DNA of 30,389 nt from Paramicrosporidium saccamoebae KSL3 (lineage: Eukaryota; Fungi; Cryptomycota). How positions within the stretch are numbered: the stretch's first letter is position 1; the number at the start of each line of letters is the position of its first letter. The stretch spans positions 1 through 30,389 of the forward strand of contig MTSL01000124.1 of assembly GCA_002794465.1 (NCBI GenBank). Direction: 5' to 3'. The notes below the pieces were generated by a model that was given only the letters and a program-made list of their open reading frames with translations, did not search any database and had not been told where the DNA came from. The translations under genes were made by a program, and so were the position numbers. Of this stretch, positions 1 to 10,591 are shown piece by piece.

Positions 1-238
1 TTAATGATGTATTTAATGATGTATTACTCAACTAGCCCGGTATACTTTTGGTTGAACAGATCCAACACCTTCAATGTAATTCCTAAACTCGTCGCTGACT
101 TGACTTTGGAGGTAATGATACAAAGTAGTGTCATCGCCGCAGACGGCTTAGAGTCGTAATATTTATTGAAAGCCTTGGCTACATGGGTCTACCATTCTTG
201 ACCCTAATGCTGATCCCAAAACCAACTCCTGCAGATGG

Positions 239-927
239 CTAGTCGGATATCATCTCGGCCAGATGGCGACATTCCTTACAGTACCATTTCCCTTTGGGAG
301 GGGCACTCAAACCGGCACACTGATAATGGAACCATTCCAGCGGACAGTCTGCATTGTCACAGCCAATCATGTCACCATAGGATACTTGTCGACAATAGCA
401 ATAGACGGGCTCATTGGGATCAATCGGCTCATCAGTCAACGTCTGTCGCTTCTTGGGGGACGATCGTGATCGCCCGTTAATGCCAACTCGTTCGACTCGC
501 TGCTCAGCATCGGGGATATCGGCAAACACGGAGACGAATGGGTTCGCCAACGGCATCCCAAGTTTTCCAGTCAGCTCGCTCTCCAACCTCGACAGATGGG
601 CCTCCACGACCGCCTGCAGTCTATTCTCAATATCAATCTTTTCATCAATAATCGCCAACAGTTTGGCATGTTCCTTTTCCGTCTTTTTAAGGAGAGCCGC
701 CTGAAGAGTGCTGCCAAGGCCCTTTTCTTCGGCGCGTAGATAGAGGTTGCGTTTCTTGAAGAGAGCCTTGCGTGCCTCTTCATATTGTAAGTCCTTGGAT
801 GCCAGCACTTCTAGCTGGGTGCGTATTTCGGGCGGAACGGCCTCTATAGCTACACTGTAAATATACAGGACGGGAAGGAGCTACTTTCTAAATAGTCGTC
901 GAGGACATGAGCAGCATTAGCTGCCAT
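239..927 (-). CDS. ING: ING-family (ING4/5, Yng2/Pho23-like) PHD-finger chromatin reader, 217 aa, 2 exons
   Basis: Exon 1 927-885 ([14 protein letters not shown]), 35-nt intron 884-850 (GTAGCT...TGTAG), exon 2 849-239. Splicing restores the ING N-terminal motif [16 protein letters not shown], which the ORF track misses. The C-terminus is a canonical ING PHD finger, [51 protein letters not shown]. The exact paralogue cannot be assigned. Confidence 0.93.
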
Positions 928-1542
928 CCTACTAGGTGATTGGTCCACTGGTCTCTGCTATGAGTTTGTCGCGTAATGGGAAAAGTCACTACGCCTGAGG
1001 ATGTATTGTGCTTCTAAACCACAAATTAAGGCATCATGTCGAAAGAATGGTCTCCCCCAATCGCAACAGAATCAGGTGAGATGGTTTGCGTTGGAGGGAT
1101 AATGTCCCCTAGTTGCAACCGAATCAGATGAAACAGCTTCTGTACATAGGCAGTACTCTACAAGAAGTAATAGCCAGGATTGACCATCTGCTTTCAGAGT
1201 CATAGACTTTTTGGTTAACCGCGTATAAGTAGCACGTGTTGTCCAATCTTAAAAGTCTTGTTCATAGCGGTAGTACTGTTGTATAGTGGACTGATTGCCA
1301 TGTTCTTGATGATAACCATATAGTTTGAAGATGATATTTATTTTTGAAGCAACCAAATGGAGATGATAAGATTTTTACCATTGTATAATTGTTACTATGC
1401 CGTCGGATTAGTAGTGGACGAATTTTCTTCTCGTCTCTTTCCCGCCTGGCTTAGTCTGTGGCTTCTTTACAATCCATGTACAAAACTCGCTTATCGAGTA
1501 CGAGCTCACGTCAATTATCATTCATGGGTCTTGACTCTTCAC

Positions 1543-2275
1543 CTAATCTCTGCCGCAATTTGGGGCCCGAGTATAAGCGACTTGGTGACCACGTCTCATC
1601 CAGTCTATAAGTGGGGGGTCAATATCAGATTTAGTGGCTGGACGCATCGGCACATGGAGTAGCCGTGCCATTGTCGTGTTTGGGGCATATGTTCGTGTGT
1701 ATGGTCGATTGTCTTTTTGGCTTAGGGAGGGAGGGAAAATTCCCTTTGTCTTGCCCAACTCAGGCTCTAATAGCAAAGCGTCGCTCCTATTAGGATTAGC
1801 GAGTGAATCCGCACGTGGCTGGGGCGTGCAATTGGGACGAGGTATGGCTTGGGAAAGCACCATGGACTTTTCCATCAGAGTATTGGAGGATTCTCCTTGT
1901 AGAGTGTCAAGTCCAGTTGGAGGTGATGAACGGACAGATGGCAACAGCTCTGTTAAGGGCGAAAATGTCATTTGAGGCGTTCCAATTACCTGTCCAGTTA
2001 ATTTACCTGGAGGATTGTTGCTTTCATAACCTACAACCTCAACATTCGACTGTAGATCTTGGCTGATGGAGATGGTAGTCACGATACAAAGTGATTTGTC
2101 GGTTTCAGGGTTATATATTATACTGGCGATTACATTGAGCGCGCTTGATGCGGATGGTTGAAGATCGCCCGATTCCAATTGCGTTATTTTGTCAAGTGGT
2201 CCGATGATGGCAATATCGCCGCTTTTTACGTCCACTACTTTGACAGTATCATTGGATGAGCCCAAGGAGATTCAT
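1543..2275 (-). pseudogene. Array member G: deletion-fusion pseudogene (start codon joined out of frame to the C-terminal third of the repeat domain plus tail)
   Basis: ATGAATCTCCTT at 2275-2264 is identical to the first 12 nt of member F but reads MNLLGLIQ*. The shifted frame (ORF 1543-2265, TTG start) encodes SSNDTVKVVDVKSGDIAIIGPLDKI...KSLCIVTTIS and a tail similar to those of members C and F. Confidence 0.8.
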
Positions 2276-2566
2276 TAACGAATCCTGACAAAATGGGGAG
2301 AGGAAATTGTGCAATTTAGGCTGATTCAATAATTTGCTGACGTGATAGCCAACGATCCGGTCAACGTACTGGGTGCAATTACTAAATCTTTGCTGGCTCG
2401 ATTTTAGAGACATAATGGCTTGGTTGTTGTAGGTGAGCCGCCCGGACTAGTCTAATAGCACCTTAATTATTGACTATTAATCGAGCACGTCTAAAGATTT
2501 TGGAAAGCAATGCCGTTTACTATCAAATGTAATTTGACATGCGGTGGTTATTATTTTACTTGTGGG

Positions 2567-5500
2567 TTAGGGAACATGCCTGTATGTGTGGTCCATTGCT
2601 CCTTTGACTTGGGAGGAAAGGGAAGTGTCCTCTTTGTTCTCCAGCTCGAGTTCTGATAGCAGATCCAAGCGTAACTGGGACGTAGAGTAGTGACGAGGTA
2701 GGTTCTTGGAAGGTCTCATGGGCTTTTCCATCAGAGTGTTGGGGGAGTCTCTTAGCTGAAAGACGTTTAAAGCAGGCGGAAGTGACATGAATTCACCGTT
2801 ACTCTGGGGTATTCCAATTAATTTGTCGATCGATTCCCCAGCCGTACTGCTGCTTATATGGTCTCCCGTTTGAATAGTCGGCTGTGAGCTTTGCATAACA
2901 GAAATGATGGCAACAATACACAGCGATTTGTTGAATAAGGAGCCATAGATCATCTCGGCAATCTTATCGGGCGTGTTTGTTGTCTTTAATCGAAGAGTTC
3001 CCGATGCTAATTGCGATATTCGGTTGAGCGGCCCAATGATGGCAAGATCACCATCCTGTACATTTGGCGTTTGTATAGTCGCCTCAAACGAACGAGCAAT
3101 AAACTTGAACACATCTCCGTCAGGGCGGAGAAGGATCGCTCCTAATGGGGGCCTGCCATAGGATGCCAACAACAGCCGATTATTGGTAAGGAGGGTCACA
3201 ATGAGACCATCCGACCCCAGCACATACTTTTTACAAAACTCTTCAATACCCATAGTGGCTTCACTAAGAGCATTTGTCCCCCATGTAAAGATACTCTCTC
3301 GCGTGGGACTATTGGCGTGGTAGCCATTCGAAACTAGGATTCTGTCCTGAGTTACTTGATACCCCATGGCAGCGTTACTGCCGGTCATGTGAAATGGATA
3401 CTTTTCAAGTTTCACCGCTCCCTTGTAGTAACGGTGAGAAAAGACAGTCGGTGACTGTGTGTCCTGAATACTGCTCTGGGAACCATTGCAGTGAATGCTG
3501 CTTTCAAGAAACCAGAAGGCACTTTCCGCAGACTTTGACAGTGGTGCTACACTCGATGGGCTAGGAGGTTGATGAGTGATCAGCCCAGAAGAGTTGGATA
3601 TTTCCTGATGAGTAGTGTATATGCCTGTGAGCACCTTGCTTTCCTCCTGACTGTCGGCCTGGAAGGGACGAACGTTTGTGAGAAATGGAATACTTGATGT
3701 GTGATCGCACTGGAGATTTTTTGGATTGAAAGTAACAAGTGGTTCATCACTCGTACTTTTAACTGTTACACCATGTGCGATTGAAGAATGATTGGGAATC
3801 CTTTTTGATTGTGGAGTGGGAGCAGCTGAAATGGTGGCAACAACGCAAAATGATTTGTTGTCAGCGGTGCCATAGATTTCTTCGGCGATTACATTGAGCG
3901 CGCTTGATGCGGATAGCTGAAGATCTCCCGATTCCAACTGCGATATTTTGTCAAGTGGTCCAATGATGGCAACATCACCATTTTTCACATTCACTACTTT
4001 GACAGCACCTTCAGATGAACGGGCGATGAATTTGAGCAGTTTTCCTTCGGGGCGGAAAAGAGCTGCCCCCAATGGGGGTCTACCATATGAGGCAATCAGT
4101 AATTGATTATCATCTCTTAGTGCCACAGCGAGACCATCAGATTCCTGTGGACATTCCCCTTTACATAATTTTTCAATTTCCAGAGTTGTTCTTCCAAGAT
4201 ACTTTGCTTGCCACTTTTTGAATGACATAGTCATGGAATTCGATTTCCCATAGCCGCCCAGTAATAATATTCTGTTACTAGTTACTCGGTAGCCCATGGA
4301 GCCGTTTCTGCCGTATATTTGAGAGGAAGATGCATCAAAACCCACCACACCGTAGTAGTAGCGTTTATCAAAGACGGCCGATGACTGTGAATTTCGAGTA
4401 CTTTCTTGAAAGCGTGTATAGTGCTTATGTAGGTGGCGAAACCAGATGGCACGTTCCGCTGGCTCTGTAGGTGATTTTGTACTCGATGGGGCGGGCGATT
4501 GACGGGGAACTGGTCCAGAAGATTTTGCCATTTCTTGATGAGCAGTGTCGGCACGTAGATGATGCTTGCTTTTCTCTTGACCATCGGCTTGGGAGGAGGA
4601 TTGCAGTCGTTCAAAAAACAAGTCATTTGGCAAAAGGTCGGTCTGGGCATTTTCTGATACTGACCCAGAAGGTGATGGGCCAATTGTGTCTTTTAACTTT
4701 TTGCCACGTGACCTTGGAGAGGAACGGGGCTTGGCTTTGGTCTTCTTTGACTGTGGAATCTGTTTAGTTGAAATGGTGGCAACAATACAAAATGATTTGT
4801 TGGCTTCAGGGCTATATATTGTACTGGCAATTTCCCCAAGGGTGCTTGACGCGGATAATTGAAGATTGCCTGATTTCAACTGCGGTATTACCTCAAGTGG
4901 TCCGATTATGGCAATGTCGCCATCCTGTACATCTATCGCTTTGACAGTACCATCGGAAGAACAATCAATAAACTTTAACCATTCTCTGTCAGGCCGAAGG
5001 AGGACTACTCCCAATGGAGGTTTACCATATAATGCTACCAGCAACTGATCATCACTTCCTAATGCCACAGCGAGACCATTGGACTCTAACGGATAATTTT
5101 CGCAAAATTCCTCCATGTTCAGTATAACTTTACTAAGATCGGGCTCCATCCAGTTTCTGCCACACTTCCGCCTATTGGGATTTTTAGCTCTGTAGCCATC
5201 CAACAATAAAATTCTGTCTTGAGCTATCCGGTAACCCATGACGCTATTTCTACCATCAATGCTAATGCGACGTTCCAGAGGTTTTACTGCTCCCTGATAG
5301 TAGCGATGAGAAAAAACAGCCGATGACTGTTTATCTCGAATACTGGCTTGAGAAAAAGCATAAGGATCACATGCGCTGCTAAACCAGATGGCACGTTCCG
5401 CTGAATTTGTAGGTGGTGTTTCGTTTGATAGTCTAGGCAACTGAAGGGAAACTGTTCCAGAAGATTTTTCCTTCTCTCTATGAGTGGCTTCTGTGCTTGG

Positions 5501-6775
5501 GCGTTTGTTTTTTTCTTGACTCTCAGTTTGGGAGGAGGACTGCAGTCGTCCAAAAAACAAATCATTCGATACAGAGTCGGGCTGGGGAGTCTCTGATTGT
5601 GGGCTGGTAGGCGGTAGATTAACCGCCCTTTCCGCTGTTCTACCATTTGGGACTGGGAAACAATGGAGCTTGGCATTGGTCTCTTTTGGCTGTAGAGTTT
5701 GATTCTTCAAAATGGTGGCGACAATACAGAATGATTTGACGGTTTCAAGATTATAAATTGTACAAGCAATTACATTGAGCGCGCTCGAGGCGGATAGTTG
5801 AAGAGCTCCCGATTCCAACTTTGATATTATGCCGAGTGGTCCAATGATGACAACATCGTCATCCTGTACATTTACTGCTTCAACGGTATCGTCAGATGAA
5901 TGTGTAATCAGTTGTAATATATCCCCCTTAGGGCGGAGGAGGATTGCTCCCAGTGGAGGCACACCATACGATGCAATCAGCAACTGATTGTTAGCATTAA
6001 GAGCCACAACGAGACCATCGTGCATCAGTGGATACTCCATTCCACGAAATTTGTCCATCTCCAAAGTGACTTTACTCAGAGTGTTCGTTGCCCATGTACT
6101 GAAGAGATTCTCTCCCATGGGATTGGTTACACTGTAGCCATCCAGCACGATAATTCTGTCCTGAGTCATTCGATATCCCATGGCGGTGTTGCTGCCGAGC
6201 ATTTGTGAGTAGTATTTCTCGGGCTTTATCACTCCCAGGTAGTGATACTGAGAAAGCATAGTTGATGACTTTGTCTCCCATGTACTGATCTGAGAGTCGG
6301 CAAAAAGCTCGCCATCGTCAGGAAACCAGATGGCCCGTTCCGCTGGCTTTGCAAATGTTGCCTTACTCAACGAGTCGAGCGGCTGATACGGAGCAAATTT
6401 AATGGACAGCGGGTCTGTTATTGTAGGTTCAGCGGATAGAACTGCCCGTGGCTCATTTCCCTCTTGCCATTGCTTTGGAAGGGAGAGACTCGTTTCGTCC
6501 ATGAGCGGTGCAAAACAGTCAGCGGGAGGCTGCTGCTCACAGGCTGGACGTGCGTTATCCTGAAAAGTTGGGTAATTAGACACTGACACATCATGTTCGT
6601 TGACAGCTTCAAGGCAAGAAAATTCGTCTTCAACATATGCATCGTTTATGAGTATACCTTCATAGGGCACGAGGTCATTTAACCAACCGTCCTGCGTTAA
6701 AGTATATTCTGACCAACCGTCTGGCAGTGTAGACTTGATGCTCTTTGCAAACACAAGGAACCAAAGGAGATTCAT
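2567..6775 (-). CDS. Array member F: putative secreted protein with 4 copies of the ~200-aa repeat domain, 1402 aa
   Basis: Uninterrupted ORF 2567-6871. The family leader MNLLWFLVFAKSIKS starts at ATG 6775 (codon 33 of the ORF). Four domains begin at the WF motif near 6325, 5385, 4440 and 3512, each running about 610 nt to the C[I/V]VA[T/I]I motif. Confidence 0.88.
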   Translation of the reverse strand: MNLLWFLVFAKSIKSTLPDGWSEYTLTQDGWLNDLVPYEGILINDAYVEDEFSCLEAVNEHDVSVSNYPTFQDNARPACEQQPPADCFAPLMDETSLSLPKQWQEGNEPRAVLSAEPTITDPLSIKFAPYQPLDSLSKATFAKPAERAIWFPDDGELFADSQISTWETKSSTMLSQYHYLGVIKPEKYYSQMLGSNTAMGYRMTQDRIIVLDGYSVTNPMGENLFSTWATNTLSKVTLEMDKFRGMEYPLMHDGLVVALNANNQLLIASYGVPPLGAILLRPKGDILQLITHSSDDTVEAVNVQDDDVVIIGPLGIISKLESGALQLSASSALNVIACTIYNLETVKSFCIVATILKNQTLQPKETNAKLHCFPVPNGRTAERAVNLPPTSPQSETPQPDSVSNDLFFGRLQSSSQTESQEKNKRPSTEATHREKEKSSGTVSLQLPRLSNETPPTNSAERAIWFSSACDPYAFSQASIRDKQSSAVFSHRYYQGAVKPLERRISIDGRNSVMGYRIAQDRILLLDGYRAKNPNRRKCGRNWMEPDLSKVILNMEEFCENYPLESNGLAVALGSDDQLLVALYGKPPLGVVLLRPDREWLKFIDCSSDGTVKAIDVQDGDIAIIGPLEVIPQLKSGNLQLSASSTLGEIASTIYSPEANKSFCIVATISTKQIPQSKKTKAKPRSSPRSRGKKLKDTIGPSPSGSVSENAQTDLLPNDLFFERLQSSSQADGQEKSKHHLRADTAHQEMAKSSGPVPRQSPAPSSTKSPTEPAERAIWFRHLHKHYTRFQESTRNSQSSAVFDKRYYYGVVGFDASSSQIYGRNGSMGYRVTSNRILLLGGYGKSNSMTMSFKKWQAKYLGRTTLEIEKLCKGECPQESDGLAVALRDDNQLLIASYGRPPLGAALFRPEGKLLKFIARSSEGAVKVVNVKNGDVAIIGPLDKISQLESGDLQLSASSALNVIAEEIYGTADNKSFCVVATISAAPTPQSKRIPNHSSIAHGVTVKSTSDEPLVTFNPKNLQCDHTSSIPFLTNVRPFQADSQEESKVLTGIYTTHQEISNSSGLITHQPPSPSSVAPLSKSAESAFWFLESSIHCNGSQSSIQDTQSPTVFSHRYYKGAVKLEKYPFHMTGSNAAMGYQVTQDRILVSNGYHANSPTRESIFTWGTNALSEATMGIEEFCKKYVLGSDGLIVTLLTNNRLLLASYGRPPLGAILLRPDGDVFKFIARSFEATIQTPNVQDGDLAIIGPLNRISQLASGTLRLKTTNTPDKIAEMIYGSLFNKSLCIVAIISVMQSSQPTIQTGDHISSSTAGESIDKLIGIPQSNGEFMSLPPALNVFQLRDSPNTLMEKPMRPSKNLPRHYSTSQLRLDLLSELELENKEDTSLSSQVKGAMDHTYRHVP

Positions 6776-6865
6776 CGGCGTCCTCTGATAGGGTAGAGCG
6801 GAGTAATAAATTCGCACAACTGAAATTAACTCGACCCTGGCAAGATGTTTTGGAACAGTCAATGA
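6776..6865 (-). promoter_or_regulatory. Conserved ~90-bp upstream element of the array genes (one copy per gene)
   Basis: Consensus TTGACNGTTCCAAAGCA(T/C)CTGG..AGGGTC(G/A)AGT.AATT..A.TT...TACTCC...CAG-N9-ATG. Copies lie upstream of ATGs 6775, 7269, 10591, 13115, 15398 and 20371, with a diverged copy at 2275. Function is inferred. Confidence 0.7.
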
Positions 6866-6969
6866 GGGCATTAAGGGTCCATGATTCGATACGATCGCGA
6901 ACCGGCAGATGAGGATTTTAGCGCTTCTAAATCTGCTATAGGCGGGTTTATCCTATGCCCATAATCGCC

Positions 6970-7269
6970 TTAGGATGGCTTGTTTGGAAAGAGCTCTTTC
7001 ACAGACATGAGTGGTGCTGAATAGCCGCCAGAAAGCGGCTTTGATTTCCTGAACGAGAGCTCTGAACCGTGACGAATTGGGGCAGTAGGTACTGGCCTAA
7101 CGTATTTCTCGATTGGGGCAATGGCAAAAACTCTGTCTTCTAAATCCAGATCATTAAACCGCTGGGAATTTTCGGGCCAGCGCTCCTGCGTTAAAGTATA
7201 CTTCACCCAACTGGCTGGCGATGTAGGCTGTACGCTTCTTGCAAGCAGAATGAGCCAAAAAAACCGCAT
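6970..7269 (-). pseudogene. Array member E: leader-only remnant or small secreted protein, 99 aa
   Basis: MRFFWLILLARSVQPTSPASWVKYTLTQERW matches the family leader and follows the family upstream element (7270-7357). The ORF stops before any repeat domain. Confidence 0.65.
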
Positions 7270-7777
7270 CGATGATCCCTGGTAGGATGGGTTGGAGTAA
7301 TAAATTTTTACACTTGGAATTGACTCGACCCTTTCCAGGTGCTTTGGACCGGTCAATAACTGTCGTGAATGGCACATTTTTCGGTAATATGAGGTTTGAG
7401 TAAAGGGCCCTGTTAAACAGCATCCACTTGCTATTGGTGAGTCCGATCCAGATAGCGGTCCCGCAGCCCAGTTTGGTTATATTAAGAATGGCCGCCTATA
7501 AAGAAGCCATGTACGTTGATATAAAAAAGCTCAGCCATCAACAGCGCCCTTATTGATATCCCTGGCCCGTAGTTATACTATCTCACAGATAAGATCAGGC
7601 CACTCTTCGATTGAATGAATTAAGCGCTCTAAATGTGCTCGCCACGATCATTGTCGCTGCACGGGCTGGTCATAATAACTTTATTGTTTATAATTTATCG
7701 GGCGTGTTTAGATGTTGTCCTTTAACAATGTTTCCTTACTCAATAATAATACGGTCTAACACTTGACGACTTTTGCT

Positions 7778-10591
7778 CTACTGTTGTTTTGGGAAATTTG
7801 TCTGCAAATACGATTCATGATTCCTTTGGCCGTTGACTTGGGAAGAGCTGTCTTTTGCCCTCTCCAACTCGGGCTCAAAGTCAGAATCCGACTCTGATTC
7901 TGATAACAAAACGGTGGTTTCAATGGGGTTAGCGGGCTGGTTTAAAATTTTTTGGACGCTGGACTGAGTCTGAGTCTGGATCTGGGTCTGAGTCTGGAGG
8001 TTAGAATTGATAAAGGGCATTTCATTAGGAGGCGCCATAGGTGTAATCTTCAGAGAATTCTCCCATCCTCTTGGCTGTTTTGCGGCCAAAGCAGGTGATG
8101 GCAGACGGACAGGTGGTAACGAGTATGCTAAAGGGGGAGGCGCCATCAAGTCACTGCTATTCTGAGAGTTGGCTTGTGGGTAGGCCATCTGGTCCGCTCT
8201 GGTTGCCTGTTCCACTGATCCTCCCGGTACACTACAGCTTGTATGGATCCCAGTTTTAATAGTCGGCTGTGAGTTTCGCTTCGCAGAGATGGTGGCAACA
8301 ATACACATTGATCTGTCGATTTCGGAGTCATAGATTTTATCGACAAGTACATCGAGAGTACTTGATGTCTCCAATGAAACAGTCCCCAGTTCCAACTGCG
8401 ATATTCTGTCGAGTGGTGCCACAATAACAACATCACCATTTTTTACATTCGCCGTTCTAGCAGCACCTTCAGATGAACGGGCGATGAATTTGAGCAGATT
8501 TCCTTTGGGGCGGAAAAGAGCTGCTCCCAATGGGGGTCTACCATATGAGGCAATCAGTAATTGATTATCATCTCTTAGTGCCACAGCGAGACCATCCGGT
8601 TCCTGTGGGAATTTCTCTTTACACAAGTTCTCAATCTCCAAAGTTGTTTTACCAAGATACTTTGCTTCCCACTCTTTGATTGACCCACTTGTGCGATTCG
8701 CCCTACCGTGGCCACCCAACAATAGTATTCTGTCATGAATTACTCGGTAACCCATAGAGGCATTTCGACCAGCTATTTGGGTGAGATTTCTATCGACGCC
8801 CACTGCACCGTGGTAGTAGCATTTATCAAAAAAGGCCGATGGCTGTGCACTTTGAGTAGTGTAGGTATAACTGTGGTGTTCACGCACCCGGAGAAACCAG
8901 TTGGCAAGCCCCGCTGAATTTCTAAGTGGTGTTCCACTTGGTGTGGCAGACAATTGGCGGGGAACTGGTTCCGAGGGCTTTTGCATATCTTGATAAACAG
9001 TCTCTGCACGTGTCTGTGGCTGGTCATCCTCTTCACCATCGGCTTCGGAGGAAGAGCGTAATCGCTCGAAAAATGAATCACTTGATACGACGCCATGATA
9101 GGAAGTACTTGGTAGCGGACCTGCGGGCAATGGATCACTTGCACTTTCCGTTTCCGTACCATGTGGAGCTGAAACATACTGAGGACTGACATTGGTATCC
9201 CTTGAGGGTGGAGTAGGACTATTCGAAATGGCAGCAACAGTACAGAGGGATTGGTTGCTGGCAAGGTCATAGATCTCGTTGCCAGTTGCATCTGAGGCTG
9301 GGTGTTTGTTACGTTCGTTCTCCTCTTGGCCATCAGGCTGGAAGGAAGAACCAAAATTGTCAAAGAGCGGAATCATTAGCTCAATCTCAGGTTGAGCCTT
9401 TTCTGATTCTAGACTGGAAGATGGTGGATTATCCGCACTTTCAACTACTTCATCCCGTGGAATTGGGAGGAAATGGGCCTTGGTTCTGGTTCCTTCTAAT
9501 TGTATGATTTGATTGTTCGAAATTGCAGCAACAATACAAATTGATTTCCCACTTGCAAAGCCGTAGAGTCTACTAGCAATTTCTTCAGAGGTGCTTGATA
9601 CGGATAGTTGAAGATTTCCCGATTTTAACTGTGATATCATGTTGAGTGGTCCCACAGCAACAATGTCACCTTCCTGCACAACTGCTGCTTCGACGGTATC
9701 GTCAGATGAATGTGTAATTAATTGTAATAAATCTCCATTAGGGCGGAGGAGAATTGCTCCCAGTGGAGGTCTACCATATGATGCCATCAGCAACTGATTG
9801 TTGGCATTAAGAGCCACAACAAGCCCATCGTGCATCAGTGGATACTCCATTCCACGAAATTTGTCCATCTCCAAAGTGACTTTACTCAGAGTGTTCGTTG
9901 CCCATGTACTGAAGAGATTCTCTCCCATGGGATTGGTTACACTGTAGCCATCCAGCACGATAATTCTGTCCTGAGTCATTCGGCATCCCATGGCGGCGTT
10001 GCTGCCGAGCATTTGTGAGTAGTATTTCTCGGGCTTTATCACTCCCAGATAGTGATACTGAGAAAGCATAGTTGATGACTTTGTCTCCCATGTACTAATC
10101 TGAGAGTCGGTAAAAAGCTCGCCATCGTCAGGAAACCAGCTGGCACGTTCCGTCGGCTTTGCAACTGTTGCTCCACTCGATGAGTTGGGTGGCTTATACG
10201 GGACAAATACGATGGACAGCGGATCTGTTATTGTAGGTTCAGTGGTTAGAACTGCCTGTGGTTCATTTCCCTCTTGCCATTGTCCTGGAACAGAGCGATT
10301 ATTTTCATCAACGAACAGTGCTGAGTGGTAAGCAGGGGACGGCCGCTGTTCACAGGCTGGAAGTGTGTCTTTCTCAAAAGTTGAATAGTTAGACACTGGC
10401 CCTTTGCGTTCTTTAATAGCTTCTAGGTAGGTAAATCCGTCTTGTTCTACACTTGCATCGCTCACAAATGCACCTCCATATGACGCGAGGTCTTTGGGCC
10501 AACTGCCTTCCTCTAAAGCATGTTCCACCCAGTTCTCTGGCTGTGTGGACTGGATGCTCCCTGCAAACACGAGGAGCCAAAAGAAATTCAT
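7778..10591 (-). CDS. Array member D: putative secreted protein with 2 repeat domains, 937 aa
   Basis: Leader MNFFWLLVFAGSIQS; domains start near 10135 and 8895; S/P/Q-rich tail including QTQTQIQTQTQS. Confidence 0.9.
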   Translation of the reverse strand: MNFFWLLVFAGSIQSTQPENWVEHALEEGSWPKDLASYGGAFVSDASVEQDGFTYLEAIKERKGPVSNYSTFEKDTLPACEQRPSPAYHSALFVDENNRSVPGQWQEGNEPQAVLTTEPTITDPLSIVFVPYKPPNSSSGATVAKPTERASWFPDDGELFTDSQISTWETKSSTMLSQYHYLGVIKPEKYYSQMLGSNAAMGCRMTQDRIIVLDGYSVTNPMGENLFSTWATNTLSKVTLEMDKFRGMEYPLMHDGLVVALNANNQLLMASYGRPPLGAILLRPNGDLLQLITHSSDDTVEAAVVQEGDIVAVGPLNMISQLKSGNLQLSVSSTSEEIASRLYGFASGKSICIVAAISNNQIIQLEGTRTKAHFLPIPRDEVVESADNPPSSSLESEKAQPEIELMIPLFDNFGSSFQPDGQEENERNKHPASDATGNEIYDLASNQSLCTVAAISNSPTPPSRDTNVSPQYVSAPHGTETESASDPLPAGPLPSTSYHGVVSSDSFFERLRSSSEADGEEDDQPQTRAETVYQDMQKPSEPVPRQLSATPSGTPLRNSAGLANWFLRVREHHSYTYTTQSAQPSAFFDKCYYHGAVGVDRNLTQIAGRNASMGYRVIHDRILLLGGHGRANRTSGSIKEWEAKYLGKTTLEIENLCKEKFPQEPDGLAVALRDDNQLLIASYGRPPLGAALFRPKGNLLKFIARSSEGAARTANVKNGDVVIVAPLDRISQLELGTVSLETSSTLDVLVDKIYDSEIDRSMCIVATISAKRNSQPTIKTGIHTSCSVPGGSVEQATRADQMAYPQANSQNSSDLMAPPPLAYSLPPVRLPSPALAAKQPRGWENSLKITPMAPPNEMPFINSNLQTQTQIQTQTQSSVQKILNQPANPIETTVLLSESESDSDFEPELERAKDSSSQVNGQRNHESYLQTNFPKQQ

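Noticed and set aside
1-159. Open frame from the window edge (LMMYLMMYYSTSPVYFW...GLES*) with a 12-bp direct repeat at 1-25
   Set aside because: It could be the 3' end of a neighbouring gene but is too short and featureless to support a call.
1053-1131. Imperfect 27-bp direct repeat (1053-1079 and 1105-1131, 5 mismatches)
   Set aside because: Only two copies, with no associated ORF or flanking structure, so function is unsupported.
1357-1662. 101-aa plus-strand ORF
   Set aside because: No recognisable motif, and it partly overlaps the antisense tail of G.
6776-6871. 32-aa N-terminal extension of F (MPSLTVPKHLARVEL...) as real coding sequence
   Set aside because: The homologous upstream segments are out of frame in D, C and A and contain TAA in B. 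The signal-like leader starts at the conserved ATG (6775).
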